Assembly: GCA_031283585.1 (NCBI GenBank)
Contig: JAITBP010000003.1
Span: 60,001-92,000 of the forward strand
Length of the DNA stretch: 32,000 nucleotides
Origin: Puniceicoccales bacterium
Lineage (GTDB): Bacteria > Verrucomicrobiota > Verrucomicrobiia > Opitutales > LL51
Reading direction: 5' to 3'
Below, piece by piece: positions 7,466-15,569 of this stretch (position 1 is its first letter; every line of letters begins with the position of its first letter). Below the pieces are notes generated by a model. That model was not told the DNA's origin. It worked only from the letters and a program-made list of their open reading frames with translations, and did no database searches. The translations under genes were made by a program, and so were the position numbers.

Positions 7466-9247
7466 ATGTCTGATCAATTCAGCCAAGTTGAACAGCGAAA
7501 GCGTGTTGCAATGCTGACCCGGCTTAAAAAGCTCAGGGACGAAATCGCCAGGCATGACCTGCTGTATTACAGGGATTCAACCCCGGAAATATCTGATTTC
7601 GAGTACGATTGTCTGAAGGTTGAGTTGGAAAATTTGGAGAAATTGATTGGCTCCGGAGAAAAAATAGAAAAATATTCACAAAAAATCGGTGACGACAGCA
7701 GTCCTGACTTTGCTTCAAGAGCTCATCTCTCCAAAATGTTCAGTCTGGATAACACCTATAATCTCGCCGATGTGAAACATTTCGACGAAAGAATTAGGCG
7801 TAAAATTGGCCCGGGGGATGTAACCTATGTCATTGAACCAAAGATAGATGGAGTAGCAATAAACCTGATCTACCGGGATGGTAATTTGCTCTATGCACTC
7901 ACCCGCGGCGATGGAACCCAGGGAGACGATGTGACCAAAAACATCAAAACAATCGATGGGTTTCCGAAAAAAATCGATTGGCCAAATGGTTTTGTGGAGT
8001 TTCGTGGTGAGGTTTTTATAACCAATGACGTTTTTAAGAAAACCAACGAGAATAGGATAAAAAATGGTGAAGAACCCTTTGCTAATCCAAGAAATCTTGC
8101 TTCGGGCACGGTCAAACTGCTGGATACTAATTTGGTGGCCGAGCGAAAGCTGAATATGGTTTTGTATGGAATAAGTCATTGCGATGGAATTGAATACGAC
8201 ACGCAGGCCCGGGTCTTGGAGATCATGAAGCAAAAAGGCTTTCCGATTCATGATGTGTATTTTTTAGCCACGGGTCTGGACGAGGTCTATGAGAAAATAG
8301 AAAAGCTAGGTTCGATAAAAAACACCTTGGGCTACCCAACCGACGGTGCAGTATTGAAAGTCAATGACCTGAAATATCATGGTGTGCTGGGCTGGACTTC
8401 CAAGTCACCAAGATGGGCTTTCGCCTATAAATTTTCTCCGGTCCAGGTGGAATCGGTGATTGAATCCATAGCGCTGCAGGTTGGTCGGACTGGCGTTATC
8501 ACACCGGTGGCCGAGTTTAAACCCGTAATTATCTCTGGTACAATGGTTTCTCGCGCTACTCTTCATAATGAAGACGAGATAAAGCGCAAAGACATCCGGG
8601 TTGGCGATGAGGTTGTAATAGAAAAGGCCGGTGAAATAATTCCGGCCATAGTGGCCGTTAACCTGGCCAGGCGCGATAATGCCACGGTGCCTTTTGTTTT
8701 TCCAAAAACCTGTCCCTGCTGTGGATCGCTGCTGGAAAAATCCGACGATGATGCCCTTTGGAGATGTAAAAATTTTCGATGTTTTGACCAGGTTCATGGT
8801 AGGATTTTACATTTTTCGTCCAGAAATGCCATGGACATTCGTCAATTCGGATCGGCTGTCATAACTAAATTTATGGCCGTCAAACTGATCAATGACATCG
8901 ACGACATATATGACCTGAAAATATCCAACATTATTTCCATTGATAATTTTGGGCTAAAATCTTCGGAAAATCTGTTGGCCGCAATAGAAGCTAGTAAACG
9001 CCGGGACTTATATAGATTGATCTATGGGCTAGGCGTTCCGTCAGTTGGGTTACAAACGGCTAAGGATCTGGCGGTTAGATTTAATTCATTGGATAGCTTG
9101 ATTGGTGCAGACTTTGATCAATTGCTGGCGGTTCCCAGAGTCGGTGAAAGAACGGCCAGGGATATCATCGGTTTTTTTTCCATGAAACAGGTGATTGATA
9201 CCGTTGAAGCACTTAGAGCCCATGGCGTTAATTTTTTAAAAATATAA
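7466..9247 (+). CDS. ligA: NAD-dependent DNA ligase LigA (short form of 593 aa).
   Basis: It has the adenylation motif EPKIDGVAI, an N-terminal YYRDSTPEISDFEYD, the Zn finger CPCCGS...CKNFRC, and HhH repeats that run to the C-terminus. Confidence 0.93.
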   Translation: MSDQFSQVEQRKRVAMLTRLKKLRDEIARHDLLYYRDSTPEISDFEYDCLKVELENLEKLIGSGEKIEKYSQKIGDDSSPDFASRAHLSKMFSLDNTYNLADVKHFDERIRRKIGPGDVTYVIEPKIDGVAINLIYRDGNLLYALTRGDGTQGDDVTKNIKTIDGFPKKIDWPNGFVEFRGEVFITNDVFKKTNENRIKNGEEPFANPRNLASGTVKLLDTNLVAERKLNMVLYGISHCDGIEYDTQARVLEIMKQKGFPIHDVYFLATGLDEVYEKIEKLGSIKNTLGYPTDGAVLKVNDLKYHGVLGWTSKSPRWAFAYKFSPVQVESVIESIALQVGRTGVITPVAEFKPVIISGTMVSRATLHNEDEIKRKDIRVGDEVVIEKAGEIIPAIVAVNLARRDNATVPFVFPKTCPCCGSLLEKSDDDALWRCKNFRCFDQVHGRILHFSSRNAMDIRQFGSAVITKFMAVKLINDIDDIYDLKISNIISIDNFGLKSSENLLAAIEASKRRDLYRLIYGLGVPSVGLQTAKDLAVRFNSLDSLIGADFDQLLAVPRVGERTARDIIGFFSMKQVIDTVEALRAHGVNFLKI

Positions 9248-9254
9248 AAAAAAG

Positions 9255-10091
9255 TCAGCGAAATCTGATAAGCCTATTCAACCTAACTACATATTTTTGA
9301 AGTAGTTCCCTGCGCATTTTGGGCGATGCTTTTTCGTATTTATTTACCAGTATGTCCGGAATGGTCTCGATCATTAGGTCGATGAATTTTGGCTCAGGGT
9401 TTCCAGCCATGCTATCTGGAACAACTTCGTTTCCTGCTGAATCAAAGACGGTGGCCTGCTCAATGTTGAAATGTTTTGGCGGCAGGCTAATATCCATGTA
9501 ATTGAGTTCTGGAGTTGCCGAGACGGAATTGGTTAACCCACATAGACTTACTTGAAAATCAATCACATTTGGTAAGATCAGGTTATATATGTCTTCCTTT
9601 TCATTGGCTGATCTGCTGGCATTTGGCTTTGAACTGGGCAGAACATGTGGCCCATCCGTTAGGTTGTGGGCATCCAGTTCACTGCGTAGCATAAAGATAC
9701 CCATCACGCTGGACAGAACAGCGGATTTGCTCATCAGATAGTAATAATCCTGGGGTAGTTTGGCCAACTTGAATTCAACCAGGGACATTTTTGACAGAAA
9801 ATCGTTGTTTTGACGGCAAAATGATAGGCTTGTGCCATCATTGTCATAGCGCAGGGCCATATGGGCGACATGGCAACTGGGCACTGGGATGGTTGAATCG
9901 GTGATCGCGGCTTCAATTTTATCCAGACAAAGCAATGCATCGCAGTGAGCCTTGTCTATCGAAGCTTTTATACGCCAAGCAGTTATGGCCACATTCAGGC
10001 CGCTTCCAACTAACCAGGAAATGACCACAGCGATGGCACTTGCCAGCAAAATTTCCAGTATTGTAAAGCTCCTCGTGTTAAATTTCGCCAT
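9255..10091 (-). CDS. Prepilin-type N-terminal domain protein (pseudopilin-like, of the GspJ-like size class).
   Basis: The N-terminus MAKFNTRS/FTILEILLASAIAVVI matches the prepilin cleavage/methylation motif, with Phe at +1 and Glu at +5. The rest of the protein has no motif I recognise. Confidence 0.65.
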   Translation of the reverse strand: MAKFNTRSFTILEILLASAIAVVISWLVGSGLNVAITAWRIKASIDKAHCDALLCLDKIEAAITDSTIPVPSCHVAHMALRYDNDGTSLSFCRQNNDFLSKMSLVEFKLAKLPQDYYYLMSKSAVLSSVMGIFMLRSELDAHNLTDGPHVLPSSKPNASRSANEKEDIYNLILPNVIDFQVSLCGLTNSVSATPELNYMDISLPPKHFNIEQATVFDSAGNEVVPDSMAGNPEPKFIDLMIETIPDILVNKYEKASPKMRRELLQKYVVRLNRLIRFR

Positions 10092-10189
10092 TTATTTACC
10101 AAAAAATACATAAATAAAAATTTTTAAAAGTGAATAGAGGAATTCTTAACTTGCACCGGCATACTGTTTTATTTTAGATAAATTCGTCC

Positions 10190-10279
10190 GGAGAGATGAC
10201 AGAGTGGCCGAATGTGCCCGACTCGAAATCGGGTGTACCAGCGATGGTACCGAGGGTTCGAATCCCTCTCTCTCCGCCA
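10190..10279 (+). tRNA. tRNA-Ser (anticodon CGA), class II with a long variable arm and an encoded CCA end.
   Basis: The acceptor stem is GGAGAGA/TCTCTCC, the anticodon arm is CCCGA-CTCGAAA-TCGGG, the long variable arm is TGTACCAGCGATGGTACCG, and the T arm is GAGGGTTCGAATCCCTC. The sequence closely resembles E. coli tRNA-Ser(CGA). Confidence 0.9.
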
Positions 10280-10361
10280 TAACTTAATGGGCTGGAAATA
10301 GTTATTGACAAGCTATCTGTATACTGCAGTATGGTTTCATCTTTTTAAAGGAGAAAAAGTT

Positions 10362-11114
10362 ATGTTCATTGATATAAATAAAGTTAAAAAAGTTCTAATG
10401 GTTGTCCTTTGTGGAATAGTAATAAACAGCAGTTGCTTTGGAGGAGGAGGAAAGGATGATAAAAGTGAAGATAAAGATAAAGAGGGTGTACTTATAGGCG
10501 GAGTTACTAAAACAATTGAAATAAAACCTACCAAGTATACTTCTTTGAAATCGACTAGAGAGGCAAGGAATTTTGCGATGGATTTAACAGATAAGAAGAA
10601 AGGGAAAGTCATGGCCGCATCAAATTCAGGAGAAGAGATGAAAATTAGTGATGTGGTGAAATTGGTTTTGCGCAATACTCTAAAGGACTTGATTAAAGAG
10701 GATGTGGATTTAGATAATATTAAAGGCGAGGAATTAGTTGATAAATTTAAAGACAGTAAAAAGGATAAGGCGTTTTTTGTGTCCATATTATGGACAATTC
10801 AGAGTATGTTGATTGGGTATAGTGTAAATTCATCTATTTATTGTCTGAACCTATTTCATAAAATTGCTAAGAATTCTTTTGAAAAAGCCAGGCTATTATT
10901 ATTATCTCAATGTGATCAAAATAGTAGTGATGAATATATTCCTCGCAAAGATTCAGATCGGGAGGTGATGAAGGTGGCGATTAATATGTTAAAATATGAA
11001 AAAGATGGATACACTAAGGATGCTGATGAGCTTTTAAAAAAATTGAAAGATCTGGAAAATACGCCCTATGGGTTTGGGTTTCTAGCGGGAAAAGGTGTTC
11101 TAGTGAGAAAATAA
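10362..11114 (+). CDS. Hypothetical exported, possibly lipidated, Lys/Asp-rich protein.
   Basis: I chose the ATG at 10362 because an AAAGGAG Shine-Dalgarno sequence lies 6-8 nt upstream, rather than the track start at 10305. The N-terminus MFIDINKVKKVLMVVLCGIVINSSC looks like a signal peptide with a Cys-containing lipobox-like end, followed by a GGGGKDDKSEDKDKE linker. The coding sequence is low in GC. Confidence 0.6.
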   Translation: MFIDINKVKKVLMVVLCGIVINSSCFGGGGKDDKSEDKDKEGVLIGGVTKTIEIKPTKYTSLKSTREARNFAMDLTDKKKGKVMAASNSGEEMKISDVVKLVLRNTLKDLIKEDVDLDNIKGEELVDKFKDSKKDKAFFVSILWTIQSMLIGYSVNSSIYCLNLFHKIAKNSFEKARLLLLSQCDQNSSDEYIPRKDSDREVMKVAINMLKYEKDGYTKDADELLKKLKDLENTPYGFGFLAGKGVLVRK

Positions 11115-11142
11115 AAATTTAGATGGTAAGGAGTAATGGGAT

Positions 11143-12471
11143 ATGGAAAATTTTTTGTTGAGATCAGTGTTTATGGGCATGTTGTCCATAATGCTTTTGG
11201 TATGTAGGTGGTCGTTTGGTGGTATTATGTGTACAGGAAATGACCTTCGTATGGATGTCTTTTGTGTTGGACAGGGAAATTTTATAGTGTTAAGGATTAA
11301 TGATGTGGCTCTTATTGTGGATTTTGGCATGGGTAAGAAGCATTATGACTTGGATTCGTTTTATGGATTCTTAGTTGATAGTTTTGGTGGTGTTAATGGA
11401 TGTGGGATAGTTGTTACTCACAGGCATGGTGATCATTTTGATTATGGTATACTTAAGTATATATGTAGTAATAATATATTTAAGGGTACTTTTGCATATA
11501 GTGAGTATTTGGAACCATGTAATACAACAAAAGAATTATTATATCAGCATAACGATTCAGATTTGTTCAATGAAATTACTAGAAAGTTTGCTGAAAAAAA
11601 TGTGTTAATTGAGGCAATTATACCAGAATCTGTTTGGCTTAATCCTATTGAAAAAAAACATAATACTGTAATTGATCATCAACATAACACTGTGGTAAAG
11701 ATAAGCTATCGCGGAAGATCCATATTATTGCCCGGGGACGCCGGTGCAGCTTTGTTTGCCCATTGTTGTAACAATTTTCCTAATTTGTGTAAATATTACA
11801 GTAATTGGAATGGTACTGTTAATGGTCATACATTTAATGATTTTCCTTCATGGGTTAATAATGCCGCGGTTCTTGTTCTACCGCATCACGGCAGCTGGGC
11901 GAATGGTGAACAGTTTTGGCTGGAGGCATTTTTGAAGGATAGTAATGTGCCTAATAATCCTAAATTATGCATAATTTCAAGCGATCCTTGGTATGGCCAC
12001 CATTTACCAAGGATAGATTATATGGCTAGTATGTTAAACAATGATTATATTAATAATATTAGCGGGTACGGGGTTAACCCCCACTGGATTGCATGTTTTA
12101 CTAAAGATAAGCGTCAACGTACTGAAACTGGAAATGGTGTAAACGAACCTTTAATTTCTGAAGAAGAAGAAGATGGTAATGGTCAGCGTCAGCTATACAT
12201 AACGCGGATAGAATCCAATGGTAACAGTGAATTAGTACAACAACAAGTACAAAATGAAAATGTAAAAATAATTGGAAAATGTAAAAATAGTAATAAATGC
12301 TCAAGGATCGAAAAAAGGGAATTAAATAGTGTGTACGATTTCATTACACAACTCCCTGTATTTTTGACAAGCTGTGCAGGATCTTGTTGTTATACAGTTG
12401 TTATTAGAAACAATGGAGATGTTCAATTGTTTGACGTAGACGGATGTATGTTCCAATCACCATACCGATAA
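11143..12471 (+). CDS. Exported metallo-beta-lactamase-fold protein related to the C-terminal domain of ComEC/Rec2.
   Basis: The hydrophobic N-terminus is VFMGMLSIMLLVC. The ordered motifs are VFCVGQGNFIVL...LIVDFG, VVTHRHGDHFDYG (HxHxDH), ILLPGDAG, VLVLPHHGS and IISSDPWYGHHLP. Their order and spacing match the ComEC MBL domain pattern. A GGAG Shine-Dalgarno sequence lies upstream. Confidence 0.7.
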   Translation: MENFLLRSVFMGMLSIMLLVCRWSFGGIMCTGNDLRMDVFCVGQGNFIVLRINDVALIVDFGMGKKHYDLDSFYGFLVDSFGGVNGCGIVVTHRHGDHFDYGILKYICSNNIFKGTFAYSEYLEPCNTTKELLYQHNDSDLFNEITRKFAEKNVLIEAIIPESVWLNPIEKKHNTVIDHQHNTVVKISYRGRSILLPGDAGAALFAHCCNNFPNLCKYYSNWNGTVNGHTFNDFPSWVNNAAVLVLPHHGSWANGEQFWLEAFLKDSNVPNNPKLCIISSDPWYGHHLPRIDYMASMLNNDYINNISGYGVNPHWIACFTKDKRQRTETGNGVNEPLISEEEEDGNGQRQLYITRIESNGNSELVQQQVQNENVKIIGKCKNSNKCSRIEKRELNSVYDFITQLPVFLTSCAGSCCYTVVIRNNGDVQLFDVDGCMFQSPYR

Positions 12472-12540
12472 ACCACTACGATAATAATCTTGCAAAGGCG
12501 GCAGAAGAGTACAAGTATGTCCTCTTCGGAGGGTAATACC

Positions 12541-14124
12541 ATGAGTAGTCGCATCAAGATATTGATACTGAGCTTGTTATGCTTAGTTATCGGACTGGGA
12601 GGTGGATGCGTTAAAAAAGAAAGTACTGCCATACTTAGAGTCGGCAATTCCATAGATCCAAGCTCGTTGGATCCTCAGGTGGCCAGCGGTGTCAGCGAAA
12701 TAAAGCTGTTGGCTGCGCTGTTCGAAGGTTTGGTGGTTCTTCACCCGGAAACCCTGGAGCCGATGCCTGGCATGGCAAAATCCTGGACCGTATCGAAGGA
12801 TTTTCGTAAATATAAGTTCAAACTTCGAAAAGATGCCGTTTGGTCCAATGGTGACCCTGTTATCGCTGAGGATTTTGTTTTTTTGGTAAAGAGGGGACTG
12901 TCGAAAAAATTAGCATCGCCCTGGACGGATATGTATTTTTTCATAAAAAATGCCCGAAGCTATTACGATGGTGAATTGAATGATTTCGATAAGGTTGGGA
13001 TCAAAGCAATTTCTAAAAGAAGGCTGAAAATAAAATTAGAAAATCCTGTTCCATTCTTTCTATCGATCGTTTCCCATTCATCCTGGTTTCCGGTTAACGC
13101 TAGGACGGTTTTGGACCATGGACACATGGACGATCGTACTTCCAGGTGGACAAAAATCGGGAATATAGTCACAAACGGTCCATTTGTGGCTAAATCCTGG
13201 GTTTTGTCGGACAGATTTGTGGTGGCTAAAAATAGAAACTATTGGGACAGGGACATGGTCAGGCTAAAGGAAATACATTTTATTCCAGCAGATGCGGATA
13301 CGGAAGAAAGAATGTTTCGAAGTGGTGAAATCGATATTACAGAAACCGTGTCCATATCCCAAATAGAACGATATAAAGGTTCGGATTGTCTGAAAGTCAA
13401 TAATGGCCTTGGCTGTGTGTTCCTTTGGCTGAATTGCCAAAAAGCTCCGCTGGATAACAAAAATGTGCGCAAAGCCTTGAGCTTCGCAATAAACCGCGAG
13501 GCCCTGTGCAAAATATCCAACCGAGGGGAAAAGCCTGCCTATTCGTTAATACCACATGGCACAATGGATTATAAGTCCAAGGATCTGTTCCAGGAAGATA
13601 TGGATGCGTCAAAAAAACTACTTGAGGAAGCCGGGTTCAAAAATGGCAATGGCTTCAGGTCGTTGACCTTTTTGTATAACACTTCCGAGTCCATCAGGTT
13701 TATCGCCGAGTCTACCAAAGAAACATTGAGAAAAAGTCTCGGTATAGATGTGGTATTGGAAAACGAAGAGTGGAAGGTTTTCCTGGATTCTAGACGCAGT
13801 GGACGGTTCGATATCGCTAGAGGTGGCTGGGAAGGTGATTATAACGATGCCACAACCTTTTTGAATTTATTCAGGTCCGATGATCCAAATAACCATGGCA
13901 GGTGGCGTAACCCTGAGTTTGATAAAATGTTGGACAAAGCCCTAGGCGACGCAAAAAATAGATCAGAATTCTTAGAAATAGCCGAAGGAATTCTCCTAGA
14001 TGAGATGCCGATTATACCGTTGTATTTCAGAACTACTGCCCATCTGGTCAACGATAAAATCGGAGGCTGGCATGGCAATGTGTTGGATTACCATCCCTGG
14101 AAAAGTATCTTTATTAATCCCTAG
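12541..14124 (+). CDS. ABC transporter substrate-binding protein, family 5 (peptide/nickel, OppA/DppA-like), probably a lipoprotein.
   Basis: I chose the ATG at 12541 because a GGAGGG Shine-Dalgarno sequence lies 8 nt upstream. The N-terminus is MSSRIKILILSLLCLVIGLGGGC. The overall length and motifs such as DPQVASGVSE, WSNGDPV and YNxxYWD are typical of family 5 substrate-binding proteins. Confidence 0.8.
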   Translation: MSSRIKILILSLLCLVIGLGGGCVKKESTAILRVGNSIDPSSLDPQVASGVSEIKLLAALFEGLVVLHPETLEPMPGMAKSWTVSKDFRKYKFKLRKDAVWSNGDPVIAEDFVFLVKRGLSKKLASPWTDMYFFIKNARSYYDGELNDFDKVGIKAISKRRLKIKLENPVPFFLSIVSHSSWFPVNARTVLDHGHMDDRTSRWTKIGNIVTNGPFVAKSWVLSDRFVVAKNRNYWDRDMVRLKEIHFIPADADTEERMFRSGEIDITETVSISQIERYKGSDCLKVNNGLGCVFLWLNCQKAPLDNKNVRKALSFAINREALCKISNRGEKPAYSLIPHGTMDYKSKDLFQEDMDASKKLLEEAGFKNGNGFRSLTFLYNTSESIRFIAESTKETLRKSLGIDVVLENEEWKVFLDSRRSGRFDIARGGWEGDYNDATTFLNLFRSDDPNNHGRWRNPEFDKMLDKALGDAKNRSEFLEIAEGILLDEMPIIPLYFRTTAHLVNDKIGGWHGNVLDYHPWKSIFINP

Positions 14125-14210
14125 CCGATGGCCAGATACTGGCCAATGGTCAATGGGTCATTTCTTGATTTATTGACTTTGCCATCCTAATTTATAGACT
14201 ACCTGGCGGG

Positions 14211-15497
14211 ATGGGATTAACAGATGTATTGTGTGTCATAATGGGTGGTGGCAGAGGCACACGGTTATTTCCGTTGACAAGATATCGGTGCAAACCGGCG
14301 GTCCCATTGGCCGGTAAATATAGACTCGTGGATGTGCCTATAAGTAACTGTCTAAATGCCGGACTTAATAAGATATATATCCTAACCCAGTTTAATACAA
14401 GATCGCTCCATAGACATATAGAAAATACCTATAGATTTGACACCTTTGGTGGTGGCGGTATCGAAATTTTTTCAGCAGAGCAAACCGATGATGGTATCGG
14501 CAATTGGTACGAGGGAAATGCTGATGCAGTAAGAAAAAATATGCGTTACTTTAATGTCAATGATGATGATATAATGGTAATCCTATCCGGTGATCAGCTC
14601 TATAGAATGGATATTGCTGACTTCATTAGGCATCACATAGAAACCAAAGCCGATCTTACCATTGCTGCCAAATCAATTATGACCGCAAAGGTTTCACCCT
14701 TCGGTGTAATGAGAGTAGACAGTAACTTTTCCATCTGTGAGTTTGTCGAGAAACCAACGGATCCATCTGTGATAGAAGAGCTTACGCTTCATGGACCTCT
14801 AAGAAATAATTTGAAAGATATGTCCGATACACCCTATGCATTGGTTTCCATGGGCATATATGTTTTTAAAGTTGGTATATTGAAAAGAGCTCTGGCTGGT
14901 AGCGGAACGGATTTTGGTAAGGAAATAATACCGTCTTTGTTGAATAGGATCAGGTTAAAAGCATATATTTTTGATGATTACTGGGAAGATATAGGTACCG
15001 TGCGTTCATTTTTTGAAACCAATTTGATGCTAGCCAAGGATGTGCCGCAATTTAATTTTTTTGATGAAAAAAACCCAATATATACGCATCCTCGGGCATT
15101 GCCAGCGTCAAAAATAAATAGCTGCAGCATGAGGGAGGTCCTAATCTCCGAAGGAAGCATAATCTCAGAATCTACGTTGCGTAGATGTGTCATAGGTCAA
15201 CGAGGCATTGTGGGCAGAAGTTCTTTGATGGAGAATGTGTTGATGATGGGTGCGAATATGTATGAAACCGCCGACGATGTGGCGAATAATAAAAAAATTG
15301 GGATCCCAAACATAGGTGTTGGCGACGGATGTTATATTCGTAACTGCATAATAGATAAAAATGCAAGAATTGGTAATAATGTAAAATTAACCCCAGATAG
15401 AAAGGATGATGGATTCGAATACGACGGAATTTATGTAAGAGACGGGATATTATGTGTTGGACAAGATGCGATAATTCCTGACAATACCTCCATATGA
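14211..15497 (+). CDS. glgC: Glucose-1-phosphate adenylyltransferase.
   Basis: It has GGGRGTRLFPLT, KPAVPLAGKYRLVDVPISNCLN, and a C-terminal left-handed beta-helix region. The length is 428 aa. Confidence 0.9.
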   Translation: MGLTDVLCVIMGGGRGTRLFPLTRYRCKPAVPLAGKYRLVDVPISNCLNAGLNKIYILTQFNTRSLHRHIENTYRFDTFGGGGIEIFSAEQTDDGIGNWYEGNADAVRKNMRYFNVNDDDIMVILSGDQLYRMDIADFIRHHIETKADLTIAAKSIMTAKVSPFGVMRVDSNFSICEFVEKPTDPSVIEELTLHGPLRNNLKDMSDTPYALVSMGIYVFKVGILKRALAGSGTDFGKEIIPSLLNRIRLKAYIFDDYWEDIGTVRSFFETNLMLAKDVPQFNFFDEKNPIYTHPRALPASKINSCSMREVLISEGSIISESTLRRCVIGQRGIVGRSSLMENVLMMGANMYETADDVANNKKIGIPNIGVGDGCYIRNCIIDKNARIGNNVKLTPDRKDDGFEYDGIYVRDGILCVGQDAIIPDNTSI

Positions 15498-15569
15498 TAT
15501 TATAATTTTCTTGACTTGAGAGTAAAAAAGGTATTCGTGCGAGTTTGTTATTGCAACTGGAAATAAAGC

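Noticed and set aside
7358-7555. A 65-aa minus-strand ORF spanning tRNA-Arg and the ligA start.
   Set aside because: It overlaps a well-folded tRNA and the 5' end of ligA. It has no motif support and is a typical shadow ORF.
10151-10180. A possible promoter for tRNA-Ser (TTGCAC ... TAGATA).
   Set aside because: The -10 element matches the consensus at only about 3 of 6 positions and the spacer is 18 nt. This is too weak to list as a feature.
10305-10361. Upstream-extended start codons given by the ORF track (10305, 12490, 17596, 20123, 21486, 27641 and 31147).
   Set aside because: These are mostly TTG starts or lack a Shine-Dalgarno sequence, and they add residues that do not fit the conserved N-termini. 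Internal ATGs with Shine-Dalgarno sequences or canonical family N-termini were preferred. These choices remain predictions.
10280-12540. The possibility that the tRNA-Ser-adjacent module is an integrative island with att repeats.
   Set aside because: I found no integrase or recombinase gene, and no copy of the tRNA-Ser 3' end (..GAATCCCTCTCTCTCCGCCA) downstream of the module. Only compositional and positional evidence remains, so it is reported as an accessory module and not as a mobile element.
14130-14144. A GGCCAG-ATA-CTGGCC hairpin just after the stop codon of the substrate-binding protein gene.
   Set aside because: The loop has only 3 nt and no T-tract follows, so it cannot be supported as an intrinsic terminator.
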